From the NCBI GenBank assembly GCA_030017615.1, contig JASEIG010000002.1, forward strand, positions 11,980-75,979: a stretch of DNA of 64,000 nt. The letters run 5' to 3'. Of the stretch, positions 17,771 to 26,967 are shown one piece after another. The position numbers and the translations under genes are program-made. The notes beneath the pieces are model-generated. The model was given only the letters and a program-made list of their open reading frames with translations. It did not search any database and was not told where the DNA came from. Numbering within the stretch: position 1 is the stretch's first letter; every line of letters starts with the position of its first letter. Source of the DNA: Patescibacteria group bacterium (GTDB taxonomy: Bacteria > Patescibacteriota > Minisyncoccia > UBA6257 > UBA9933).

Positions 17771-19615
17771 ATGAATTTAAGAAATATCGCAATAATCGCG
17801 CATGTTGACCATGGCAAAACCACTTTGGTGGATGCCTTATTAAAGCAATCTGAAAATTTTAAAATGAAAAATAATACACCGTCCGATTTAATAATGGATT
17901 CCAATGATTTGGAAAGAGAAAGAGGAATTACTATTTTTTCAAAAAACGCGGCTATAAAATACAACGGCATTAAAGTGAATATTGTGGATACTCCGGGACA
18001 CGCCGACTTTGGCGGAGAAGTTGAGCGGATAATGAGAATGGTTGACGGAGTTTTGCTTTTGGTTGACGCAAAAGAAGGGCCAATGCCTCAAACTAAATTT
18101 GTTCTGCGAAAAGCCATTCAGGCGGGACATAAAGCGATTGTGGTTATAAATAAAATAGACAAACAGGACGCGCGTCCGCAATGGGCGCTTAATCAAACTT
18201 ACGACCTTTTTATAGAATTGGGAGCAACCGATGAGCAAGTTGATTTTCCGGTAATTTATACTTCCGCGATTCAAGGTAAGGCCGGCCTAGAACCGAACTT
18301 AAACAGAATGGTTGATATTCAGCCTCTTTTTGAAACCATTATTAATCATATTCCCTTTCCTAAAATTGACGAAAATAAGCCGCTGCAAATGCTTACTGTA
18401 AATTTGTCTTATGATAATTATAAGGGAAAAATCGCGATTGGAAGATTATATTCGGGAAATTTAAAAAAGGGGGATTGGGTTATGCACATTAACCGCAACG
18501 GCGAAATGAAAAAAGTACAATTAAATTCAGTAATGATTTTTGAAGGTTTGAATAAAATTAACGCTGAAAAAGCGCAAGCCGGAGAAGTTGTCGCTATCGC
18601 CGGAATCCCCGATATATCCATTGGAGAAACAATTACTTCAATTGACAATCCGATGCCGTTGCCGACTATTGCCATAGATGAACCCACCATTAAAATGACT
18701 TTTGGCGTAAATACTTCTCCTTTTTCCGGAAAAGAAGGGCAATATACAACTTCAAGAAATATCAAAGAAAGGCTGGAAAAAAAATTGGAAACAGATGTCG
18801 CTTTAAAAATAAATCAGCCGTCGCCTGATAAATGGATTGTTGCCGGAAGAGGAGAACTGCATTTGGCAATTTTAATTGAAAAGATGCGAAGAGAAGGTTT
18901 TGAACTTGAAGTTTCAAAACCGCAGGTAATTTTTAAAGAATGTCCCGATGAAAAAACAGGGAAAATTAAAAAACTGGAGCCTGTTGAATTGGTTTCAATT
19001 GAAACGCCGGAAAACTTTTCCGGAATCGTGATAGAAATTATGGGAAAAAGATTGGGAATAATAAAAGATATGAAAGTTGATAACGGACACGCTTTTATGG
19101 ATTTCACAATTCCCACAAGAGGACTCATCGGAATTAAAAATGAATTTCTTGCGGCGACAAAAGGATTGGGAATAATGAACAGTATTTTTTTGGGATATGA
19201 AGAATATAAGGGCGAATATGCCGCCAATTCGCGCGGTTCTCTTGTCGCTTCGGAATCGGGAATATCAAACGCTTATGGAATGATTACCGCGCAAGGACGA
19301 GGACAATTATTCATAGAACCCGCAATAAATGTTTATGAAGGAATGGTTGTGGGACAAAACGCCAAAGCGGGGGATATTATGGTAAATATCTGTAAAACGA
19401 AAGAACTTTCCAATATGCGGTCCAAAAATATGGGAGTCCAAGAACAATTAGAGGTCCCGAAAAAAATGGATTTGGAAGACGCGCTGGATTATATCGGAGA
19501 TGACGAACTTGTGGAAGTTACTCCGCAAAATATAAGAATAAGAAAATCTATGCTGTTGGAAATTGACAGAAAAAAAGCGAAAAGAACCGGCAATCTTGAA
19601 AAAAAGTTAGTTTAA
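17771..19615 (+). CDS. typA: translational GTPase TypA/BipA
   Basis: G-domain AHVDHGKTTL, DTPGHADF, NKID; EF-G-like domains; about 614 aa. Confidence 0.9.
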   Translation: MNLRNIAIIAHVDHGKTTLVDALLKQSENFKMKNNTPSDLIMDSNDLERERGITIFSKNAAIKYNGIKVNIVDTPGHADFGGEVERIMRMVDGVLLLVDAKEGPMPQTKFVLRKAIQAGHKAIVVINKIDKQDARPQWALNQTYDLFIELGATDEQVDFPVIYTSAIQGKAGLEPNLNRMVDIQPLFETIINHIPFPKIDENKPLQMLTVNLSYDNYKGKIAIGRLYSGNLKKGDWVMHINRNGEMKKVQLNSVMIFEGLNKINAEKAQAGEVVAIAGIPDISIGETITSIDNPMPLPTIAIDEPTIKMTFGVNTSPFSGKEGQYTTSRNIKERLEKKLETDVALKINQPSPDKWIVAGRGELHLAILIEKMRREGFELEVSKPQVIFKECPDEKTGKIKKLEPVELVSIETPENFSGIVIEIMGKRLGIIKDMKVDNGHAFMDFTIPTRGLIGIKNEFLAATKGLGIMNSIFLGYEEYKGEYAANSRGSLVASESGISNAYGMITAQGRGQLFIEPAINVYEGMVVGQNAKAGDIMVNICKTKELSNMRSKNMGVQEQLEVPKKMDLEDALDYIGDDELVEVTPQNIRIRKSMLLEIDRKKAKRTGNLEKKLV

Positions 19616-19815
19616 TAATAAGGGCAATTTCGGTTTCGTCTATTAATTTTATTTATATACATTGATTTTTATTATTTTAATTTTATAGCCGTACATTTAT
19701 ATGAATTTAGATTTCCCCGAAAATTTAAAATATAATTGGTGTATTACTTAGTTTAAAACTTTAAAATGGCTTTTCTTTTTTCAAATACAAAAAATTTGCA
19801 TTTTATTGGATTAGT

Positions 19816-19823
19816 TGTATACT
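19816..19823 (+). promoter_or_regulatory. extended -10 TGTATACT about 112 nt upstream of the RRM-protein ATG
   Basis: Motif match to the other three TGnTATACT sites; implies a roughly 105-nt leader. Confidence 0.35.
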
Positions 19824-19935
19824 TAATCAGGTAGGTATTTTTCTCAATTAGTTTCCTAAACAGTCCGGTGATAAACTTGAGGCTTGGGCAGCAAACTGAG
19901 CGAGCGGTCGCCCTACTTTAAAACACATTAAAAAA

Positions 19936-20262
19936 ATGGCTAAAAAGCTATATGTTGGAGGTTTATCATACGGAACCAGCGAAGATACTTTAAAAAGCAC
20001 TTTTGAGCAAGCCGGAGAAGTTACTTCCGCCGCCATTATCACCGACAAAATGACAGGCCGATCCAGAGGATTTGGTTTTGTTGAAATGGCGAATGATGAT
20101 GAAGCGGATAAAGCTGTTGAAATGTTCAACGGAAAAGAGCTTGATGGAAGAACTCTTATGGTAAATGAAGCTCGCCCCATGGAAGCAAGAGCTCCGCGAA
20201 AACCCTTTAATAGAGATAATAGAGGCGGATTCGGAGGAGGACAAAGAGGCGGATACAGATAA
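19936..20262 (+). CDS. RRM-type RNA-binding protein with Gly/Arg-rich tail
   Basis: RNP-2 LYVGGL and RNP-1 RGFGFVEM; RGG tail. Confidence 0.9.
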   Translation: MAKKLYVGGLSYGTSEDTLKSTFEQAGEVTSAAIITDKMTGRSRGFGFVEMANDDEADKAVEMFNGKELDGRTLMVNEARPMEARAPRKPFNRDNRGGFGGGQRGGYR

Positions 20263-20278
20263 ACTCATCAATTAAAAA

Positions 20279-20300
20279 CCGCCCCGAAAGGGGCGGTTTT
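20279..20300 (+). terminator. Rho-independent terminator CCGCCCC-GAAA-GGGGCGG-TTTT
   Basis: Read directly. Confidence 0.85.
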
Positions 20301-20332
20301 GCGATTAAACAAAGATGAGTTATAATTAAATT

Positions 20333-20558
20333 ATGAAAAAATTATACAGAAACAGCAATAATAAAAACCATTGCGGGGATATTCAGCGGACTGGGAGAAT
20401 ATTTTAATATTGACCCGATACTGTTAAGAATAATATGGATTGTAATTACCATTTTTACGGGGTTAGCGCCGGGAATTGCAATTTATTTGATATCAATATT
20501 TATAATCCCAAAAAACAGGGTTTCGCAGACTTATTCTTCTGCGAAAGTGGATAAATAA
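20333..20558 (+). pseudogene. PspC-domain membrane protein, +1 frameshift in an A5 run (ATG at 20333 in one frame; PspC body in the next frame, ending at the TAA at 20556-20558)
   Basis: Frame A gives MKKLYRNSNNK, the typical PspC N-terminus MKKLYRS..DK. Frame B continues TIAGIFSGLGEYFNIDPILLRIIWIVITIFTGLAPGIAIYLISIFIIP, the PspC core. Removing one A from aataataaaaacc restores a single ORF. Confidence 0.6.
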
Positions 20559-20596
20559 AAGGGCGTTAAAATTTAAAAATATATCAAACAAAACAA

Positions 20597-21376
20597 ATGA
20601 ATGTAAAATTAAAAAATAGCGCAGTCGTCATAATTATAATTGCGGCGGTGGTCTTGGCTTATTCGGCTTTTGTTTACGCAAACTCTTTTTCAAGGTCTAT
20701 CTCGCCGTCGTCTTTTAGGAGTTTTTCAGTAAGCGGAGAAGGGAAATCTGTTTCTATTCCCGATATCGCGCAATTTAGTTTTGGATTAACAACTCAAGGA
20801 GGAAAAAATATAAACGTTCTGCAAAAAGAAAATTCAGACAAAATAAATAAAGTTTTAGATTTTTTAAAAGAAAATAATATTGACCCAAAAGATATTAAGA
20901 CGCAAAATTATAATTTGGAGCCGCGATATCAATATTATAATTGTTCACATCCTGAGAGTAGTATTACGCCTTGTCCGCCGGCGGAAATTGTCGGTTACAC
21001 GATAAGCCAAAATATCTCGGTTAAAATAAGAGATTTCGGTAAAATAGGCGATATTCTTTCGGGTATAGTTAAAAATGGCGCGAATTCTGTTTCTCAATTA
21101 AGTTTTGATATTGACAATAAAGATAAAGTTGAAAGCGAAGCTAGAACGGAAGCCGTTAAAAAAGCGCAAATTAAAGCCGAAGAAACGGCAAAAGCGGGAG
21201 GGTTTAAGCTCGGGAAACTTTTGTCTATAGAAGAAAGCTATTCCGCTATTCCGCGATATTATGCGATGAAAGGACTTGGAATGGGCGGAACAATATCCGA
21301 ATCAACGACACCAAACATTGAACCCGGATCGCAAGAAACAACCGTAAACGTAGTTCTAAAATACGAAATAAGATAA
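20597..21376 (+). CDS. SIMPL-domain periplasmic protein (DUF541 / BP26-OMP28 family)
   Basis: Signal anchor; VSGEGKSVSIPDIAQFSFGL ... AKAGGFKLGKLLSIEE family signature. Confidence 0.7.
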   Translation: MNVKLKNSAVVIIIIAAVVLAYSAFVYANSFSRSISPSSFRSFSVSGEGKSVSIPDIAQFSFGLTTQGGKNINVLQKENSDKINKVLDFLKENNIDPKDIKTQNYNLEPRYQYYNCSHPESSITPCPPAEIVGYTISQNISVKIRDFGKIGDILSGIVKNGANSVSQLSFDIDNKDKVESEARTEAVKKAQIKAEETAKAGGFKLGKLLSIEESYSAIPRYYAMKGLGMGGTISESTTPNIEPGSQETTVNVVLKYEIR

Positions 21377-21471
21377 TAATTAAAATACGCCGAAAACGAT
21401 ATTAATTTAACGATTATTTCTCGTATTGTTTTTTTTGCTTAAATTGATAAAATTGGAAAATATTTAATCAG

Positions 21472-22707
21472 ATGAAAAAGATTGTTTTAATAACGATTTT
21501 AACAGCCGTTGCCGCTTCCGGTTTGTCTTTTTATTTTGGATACCAGCAAGGAATTAAACACCCTCAAATCATATTAGTCAAAGGATTATCCAATATTGAA
21601 AACGGAAAAGAAGAGAGTGTTGATTTTAATTTGTTTTGGGAAGCTTGGCAAGCTCTGAAAAAAAATTACGCGGATGCGGATAAGCTTGATAATCAAAATC
21701 TGGTTTACGGGGCAATATCAGGACTTTTTAGAGCCACAAAAGATCCATATTCGGTTTTTATGCCTCCGTCCGAAGCTAAAAATTTTAACGAAGAAATTAG
21801 CGGAGAGTTTGGCGGAATCGGCGCGGAAATCGGCATCAGAAATGAAGAACTTACCGTCATAACGCCTATTAAAGGAACACCCGCGGAAAAAGCGGGACTG
21901 ACAGCGGGCGACAAAATTTTAAAAATAAATGATACAATCACCGCGGGATTAACCGTAGATGAAGCGGTAAGTAAAATAAAGGGACAAAAAGGAACAAAAG
22001 TCGTTTTAACAATGTTCAGAAAAGAATGGAGCGAGCCAAAAGAAATTTCCATTACCAGAGACACAATACAAATTCCCACCTTAGACAGTAAAAATTTAAA
22101 TTATGAAGGCAAAGAAGACCCGAAGGGAAAGATAATGTATTTGCAATTATATAATTTCTACGAAAAGTCGCCGTTGCTGTTTTATAATACGATTGTAAAA
22201 TCTCTTTTTAATAACAATCCTAAAGGAATTATTATTGATTTAAGAAATAACCCGGGAGGATATTTGGAAGCGGCCGTTAATATCGCCGGATGGTTTATGG
22301 ATAGGGGACAGCTTGTGGTTTCGGAAAAATTTAATTTTGGAAACAACAAAGAATTTAGAACTGACGGCACCGAATTATTTAAAAACACTCCGGTTGTTGT
22401 TCTTATAAATCAAGGGTCGGCATCGGCGTCCGAAATTTTAGCCGGAACGTTGAGAGATAATAGAGGTATAAAATTAGTGGGAAATAAAAGTTTCGGGAAA
22501 GGAAGTGTTCAGCAAATGATACCTCTTGGCAATAATTCAGAAGCAAAAATAACAATTGCGCGCTGGCTGACTCCCAAAGGAAATTTAATAGATAAAGAAG
22601 GGTTAAAGCCCGATATTGAAGTTAATATTACCCAGCAAGATGTTGAAAGCGGGAAAGACCCTCAGCTGGAAAAAGCGGTTGAAATTCTTAATTCAGAAAT
22701 AAAATGA
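21472..22707 (+). CDS. ctpA: carboxy-terminal processing protease (S41 family, PDZ domain)
   Basis: FGGIGAEIG, PDZ GDKILKIND, catalytic Ser region GSASASEILAG and Lys downstream. Confidence 0.88.
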   Translation: MKKIVLITILTAVAASGLSFYFGYQQGIKHPQIILVKGLSNIENGKEESVDFNLFWEAWQALKKNYADADKLDNQNLVYGAISGLFRATKDPYSVFMPPSEAKNFNEEISGEFGGIGAEIGIRNEELTVITPIKGTPAEKAGLTAGDKILKINDTITAGLTVDEAVSKIKGQKGTKVVLTMFRKEWSEPKEISITRDTIQIPTLDSKNLNYEGKEDPKGKIMYLQLYNFYEKSPLLFYNTIVKSLFNNNPKGIIIDLRNNPGGYLEAAVNIAGWFMDRGQLVVSEKFNFGNNKEFRTDGTELFKNTPVVVLINQGSASASEILAGTLRDNRGIKLVGNKSFGKGSVQQMIPLGNNSEAKITIARWLTPKGNLIDKEGLKPDIEVNITQQDVESGKDPQLEKAVEILNSEIK

Positions 22708-23162
22708 AAATTATTTTTCTTAAAGATATAAAAGGCGGCGGCAAACAGTTTGAAGTAAAAGAAGTCAAGGAAGGATACGCAAGGAATTTTTTATTGCCTA
22801 AAAAATTGGCAAAAATCGCGACAGACGAAGAAATAAAATCTCTTAATGATAAAAAAGCGACGCTTGAAAAAAAACAAGCGGAGTTAAAAATCCAGTTTGA
22901 AAAAATAACCAAAGACATTTCCGGAATGGAATTTTATTTCTATCCAAAAATCGGGAAAAAACAGGAAGTTTTCGGCTCGGTGAATAAATCGGATATAGAA
23001 GAAGCGGTTATTAAAAAAATTCCTCTTAATTTGCGGGATGAAATAAATATAAGCGCGAACGTCAGGACAATCAAAGATTTGGGAGAACATACGGTTAAAA
23101 TAAATTTCGGACACGGGTTGCAAACGTCTATTAAAGTAATATTAAATCAAGAAAAAATATAA
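22704..23162 (+). CDS. rplI: 50S ribosomal protein L9
   Basis: MKIIFLKDIKGGGKQFEVKEVKEGYARNFLLP N-domain; overlaps the ctpA stop. Confidence 0.9.
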   Translation: MKIIFLKDIKGGGKQFEVKEVKEGYARNFLLPKKLAKIATDEEIKSLNDKKATLEKKQAELKIQFEKITKDISGMEFYFYPKIGKKQEVFGSVNKSDIEEAVIKKIPLNLRDEINISANVRTIKDLGEHTVKINFGHGLQTSIKVILNQEKI

Positions 23163-23225
23163 GCGTTATCACGGCGCATAATCATAACAACGCTCAATCC
23201 TACAATCCTAAGTAAAGCCAAAAGT

Positions 23226-23257
23226 AAAAAATACCGCAAAATTTGCGGTATTTTTTA
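23226..23257. terminator. bidirectional terminator, perfect palindrome AAAAATACCGCAAAATTTGCGGTATTTTTT between rplI (+) and rpmA (-)
   Basis: Read directly. Confidence 0.8.
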
Positions 23258-23539
23258 TGCTTTTGAAGCTTCAATTTTAACAACCTTAATGTATCTTGTG
23301 TTTCCGTCAAATTTTGTTTTCTTTCGCGATAGAAACTTGACGACTCCGTTAATCGCGGCGTATAACGTGTCGTCTCCGGCACGCCTTACATTAAGTCCGG
23401 GCAAGTATTTGGTTCCCCGCTGACGGACAATAACTTCGCCGGATTTTACCGCTTCTCCATGCTGTTTTTTAATTCCTAATCGTTTTGCAATGGAATCTCT
23501 GCCTAATTTTGTTGACCCTATTGCCTTGGTATGCGCCAT
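23255..23539 (-). CDS. rpmA: 50S ribosomal protein L27 (no rplU/L21 upstream)
   Basis: [42 protein letters not shown]. Confidence 0.9.
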   Translation of the reverse strand: MAHTKAIGSTKLGRDSIAKRLGIKKQHGEAVKSGEVIVRQRGTKYLPGLNVRRAGDDTLYAAINGVVKFLSRKKTKFDGNTRYIKVVKIEASKA

Positions 23540-23656
23540 ATAAAAAAGTTAAAAGTCAAAAGTTAAAACTGATAATTTTTGATACTTACTTTTGATTTTG
23601 ACTTACAAATAATACAGATTTTAACTCGCTTTATTATTGGATAATATTAATTTATA

Positions 23657-24385
23657 ATGGACAATATGTCAAACGCCGGAAAACTTATTTTTGATATTGA
23701 AACAATAGGGGATAATTTTGACGATTTAGACGCCACGACGCAGGATATTCTAACCCGCTGGATTAAAAAAGATTCGGATAATGATACTGAATATGAGCAA
23801 GCTCTTGAAAATTTAAAGAGTGGTATGGGATTTTCTCCGCTTACGGGAGAAATTGTCGTTATCGGCGTCTATGATTATATTATGAATCAGGGAGTGGTTT
23901 ATTTTCAGGCTCCGGGACAAAATATCGGAGAATTTACCGAAAACGGCATTAAATTCAAGCAAATGACCGAAAAAGAAATGCTTGAAAATTTTTGGCAGGG
24001 AGCAGATAAATATAATGAATTTATAACTTTTAACGGCAGAACTTTTGACGCGCCGTTTTTAATGATAAGATCGGCAATACACGGCGTAAGACCAACCAAA
24101 AATCTTATGGAGGGCAGGTATTTTTACCAGCAAAAAAATTGTAAACATATTGACCTTTACGACCAATTAAGTTTTTTGGGCGCTTTATCAAGAAAGGGAA
24201 ATTTACATTTATGGAGCAAAGCGTTCGGAATAAAAAGTCCGAAATCAGACGGAGTAACCGGCGATGACGTGGGCAGATTATTTAAAGAAGGAAAGTTTGT
24301 GGAAATAGCAAAATATAACGTCGGCGATTTGAAAGCCACAAAAGAACTTTACGAAAAATGGAATGCTTATCTAAATTTCCAATAA
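23657..24385 (+). CDS. DEDDy-type 3'-5' exonuclease of the RNase H-like fold (YprB/COG3359-like)
   Basis: Exo I FDIET, Exo II FNGRTFDAPFL, Exo III YNVGD (Y-x3-D). Confidence 0.65.
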   Translation: MDNMSNAGKLIFDIETIGDNFDDLDATTQDILTRWIKKDSDNDTEYEQALENLKSGMGFSPLTGEIVVIGVYDYIMNQGVVYFQAPGQNIGEFTENGIKFKQMTEKEMLENFWQGADKYNEFITFNGRTFDAPFLMIRSAIHGVRPTKNLMEGRYFYQQKNCKHIDLYDQLSFLGALSRKGNLHLWSKAFGIKSPKSDGVTGDDVGRLFKEGKFVEIAKYNVGDLKATKELYEKWNAYLNFQ

Positions 24386-24418
24386 AATAAATAAAAATAA
24401 AAAAGCAAAAAAGAAATA

Positions 24419-24616
24419 ATGCTAAAGGAAAAAATTTTAGATATTAAAAATAATATCAAAGAATACCGGCGCGAGCATCGCCAAAAAATAAATATTGTTA
24501 TTTTGTTGTTTTTAGTCAGTTTTTTGAGTTTCGGTTTGGGATGTTTAATCAACCGCGAATTTAATCACGCGCCGATTATTATTGAAAAATGCGCCGATTT
24601 TATTTCTAAATCATAA
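24419..24616 (+). CDS. small hypothetical membrane protein between the two nuclease genes
   Basis: 65-aa ORF with one TM helix; no other support. Confidence 0.25.
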   Translation: MLKEKILDIKNNIKEYRREHRQKINIVILLFLVSFLSFGLGCLINREFNHAPIIIEKCADFISKS

Positions 24617-24621
24617 TTTTA

Positions 24622-25443
24622 TTAAAGATAGCCGGCTTCTTTCAGCCAATAATCATTTTCCCATTCCCATAATTTTTTTGCGCCTTGAAACGCTTTATAA
24701 TCTTCCTGCCAATAAGGAAATTCTTTTAGTTCAATTTCTCCTTGAAGCTCCGACCATTTATGATGGTCGTCCAAACATACCGGAAGCGCGCGGTTTTTTT
24801 CGTTTCTTAACGGACGTAATTTATCGCGCCCGCCCTTGCTTCTTAAACTTGCCCCGCATTTCAAACATTTTTTAATCTGATCTATTCTTAAAATCCATCT
24901 GCTTTGCAAATTTTTAAATTCTTTTTCCAAAGCGGCCATATAAGCGGAGGTTTGAAGATTATAGTCGCGATAAATCGCCTGCGAAGTTTTAATATCCAAA
25001 ACGCCGAATTTGCCGTTAATCAGCGCCAGGGCGTCCAAAGTGCCGGCATATCTTTCATCAAAATTAACAATTCGTTTCTCAACCCATTCAGGATTGACTT
25101 GGATATTGTTTTTTTCCACAAATTCCACATAGGCCTGCACGGAAGGGGCTATGGAAGGGTCTATAACAGGGGATTCGCCAATCATTATCTTTTCTACCGT
25201 CTCGTGTATAAGAGTACCTTCGGAAGTGGAATTTTTCTTAATCTCTTCGCCCGCGCCAAAACTGCCAAGTTCCGCATAGAACTTGTATAGAGCAGGTTTG
25301 GATTTTATTTCAACGATTTTCGTAACACGGGGAAACCATAGTCCGCCAATATCATAACCGGCCAACCCTTTAAAATGTTCAAGATTTTGGTAGTACATAT
25401 TTTTTAATTCAAAATTAATAAATGAAATAAAATAAAAATTCAA
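24622..25443 (-). CDS. PD-(D/E)xK nuclease of the RecB/Cas4-like superfamily with an inserted CxxC...C..HH zinc-ribbon-like segment (start probably Met16, 25398)
   Basis: Motif II GTLDAL, motif III VLDIKTS (D-x-K), QxxxY as QTSAY; insertion CLKCGASL...PVCLDDHHKW. Confidence 0.55.
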   Translation of the reverse strand: MNFYFISFINFELKNMYYQNLEHFKGLAGYDIGGLWFPRVTKIVEIKSKPALYKFYAELGSFGAGEEIKKNSTSEGTLIHETVEKIMIGESPVIDPSIAPSVQAYVEFVEKNNIQVNPEWVEKRIVNFDERYAGTLDALALINGKFGVLDIKTSQAIYRDYNLQTSAYMAALEKEFKNLQSRWILRIDQIKKCLKCGASLRSKGGRDKLRPLRNEKNRALPVCLDDHHKWSELQGEIELKEFPYWQEDYKAFQGAKKLWEWENDYWLKEAGYL

Positions 25444-25704
25444 GACGACAATACTCGGGAGAATGCCGCTTTTCCCATTTTTATACCTGTCGCGAAATGA
25501 CTGTTTTACGACGGATACAATATTAAAAACTTAAATACGGTTAATCAACCATTTAATAGCCGTTACAAAAAATCCCAGTATCTTTATCATTATCTGTCCA
25601 GTCTCTTTTATGGCAATTACCAAAGCCGGAATGATGTTTTTTATTATATCAGAAATTAAAATTAAAATTTTTTGAATTAATTCCGTCATATTTTGTTTTT
25701 ATTA

Positions 25705-26958
25705 TTATAAATAATTAAACGGGTTTAAGTCTCCGCCATACGGCATTTTAGGACCGCAGGTTTTAGCCGGAGATATTCTAAGTGTCGGTCCCGCATAAAC
25801 GGTAAAATGCAGGTGCGGCCCGGTTGAATATCCGGTATTACCGACATATCCTATCAAATCGCCGCGGTTCACTTTTTGCCCCTCTTTAACGATTTGCAGT
25901 GAAAAATGGCTGTATAGCGTTGCCAGATTATTATTATGCCGAATCACGATAAATTTTCCATACGCGCCCTTATAACAATAGCGGTCTTGATTCCCGACAG
26001 CAAGAACTTCGCCGGCTTCCGCCGCGTACACGGGAGTTCCTATTGGAGCGGAAATATCAATTCCATTATGCCACTTGCCGCGATATCCGCCATGTCTGGC
26101 AAAATCAGTGGCTCCATAATCCTGCGAAATTTTTCCCTGAATCGGCATAGCCAATACCCCCGGATGAGATGTCGGTAAAACATTTAAATCAATTTTACCG
26201 CGCATTTGGGCGTCCAATTCTTCAATTTCAGCCGCAATTTGTTCCTGTCTTTTTTGCAATTCAGAAAGAGATTGCTGATAGTTTGCTTCTTTGTTTTTTG
26301 TCTGCTCCAACACGGTTTGCCTGTATTTTTTTAGTTCTTCCGCTATTATTTTTTTATTCTCAAAATTTTTGTTTTCTATTTCTTTTTGTTTCTTATGGTC
26401 TGAAGCAATGTCAAGATTTTTTTGCAAATCATCTTTAAGATTTTTTAATTCCAGCACTTCGTAACTAAGGTTGTCTTGGAAATTAACCATTCTCTGCACT
26501 TCGGATAATCCTTCGGCAATGCTTTTATTGTTTAAAATAACCAATAAAGGATTGTTTAATGAGTCTTTTTTTTGAATCTGCCGCAAAAGTTCCGTGATAA
26601 CCGCCTCTTTTTCGTTTATTTTGCTTTCAGAATTCTGAATTTTGTATTGCGTGTCTTCTACTTGTAAACTTAATTTTTCAACGGCAACTTTACTGGATTT
26701 TATGCTTAAATTAATTTGGTTAATATTGCCGTTTATTTGTTTTAATTCTTTTTGCAAACTTTGTTTTTGTGAACGGGTTTCGTCCAGTTGATTTTGAATA
26801 TTTTGTATTTGCGTGTTGACTTCGTTAAGTTCTTGACTTTTTTTATCAATTGACGATTTTAAATCAGGGGAAACCGCAACGGCACCCGCAAAATTTACGG
26901 CTGAAATTAAAGCTATCGCAATCAAAAAAAACAAATTTGATTTTTTATCAACAGTCAT
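25705..26958 (-). CDS. EnvC-like murein hydrolase activator / M23 peptidase (signal peptide, long coiled coil, C-terminal LytM domain)
   Basis: HNGIDISAPIGTPVYAAEAGEV and GNTGYSTGPHLHFTVY M23 motifs; Q/E/K-rich heptad region. Confidence 0.85.
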   Translation of the reverse strand: MTVDKKSNLFFLIAIALISAVNFAGAVAVSPDLKSSIDKKSQELNEVNTQIQNIQNQLDETRSQKQSLQKELKQINGNINQINLSIKSSKVAVEKLSLQVEDTQYKIQNSESKINEKEAVITELLRQIQKKDSLNNPLLVILNNKSIAEGLSEVQRMVNFQDNLSYEVLELKNLKDDLQKNLDIASDHKKQKEIENKNFENKKIIAEELKKYRQTVLEQTKNKEANYQQSLSELQKRQEQIAAEIEELDAQMRGKIDLNVLPTSHPGVLAMPIQGKISQDYGATDFARHGGYRGKWHNGIDISAPIGTPVYAAEAGEVLAVGNQDRYCYKGAYGKFIVIRHNNNLATLYSHFSLQIVKEGQKVNRGDLIGYVGNTGYSTGPHLHFTVYAGPTLRISPAKTCGPKMPYGGDLNPFNYL

Positions 26959-26967
26959 GCCAAATAA

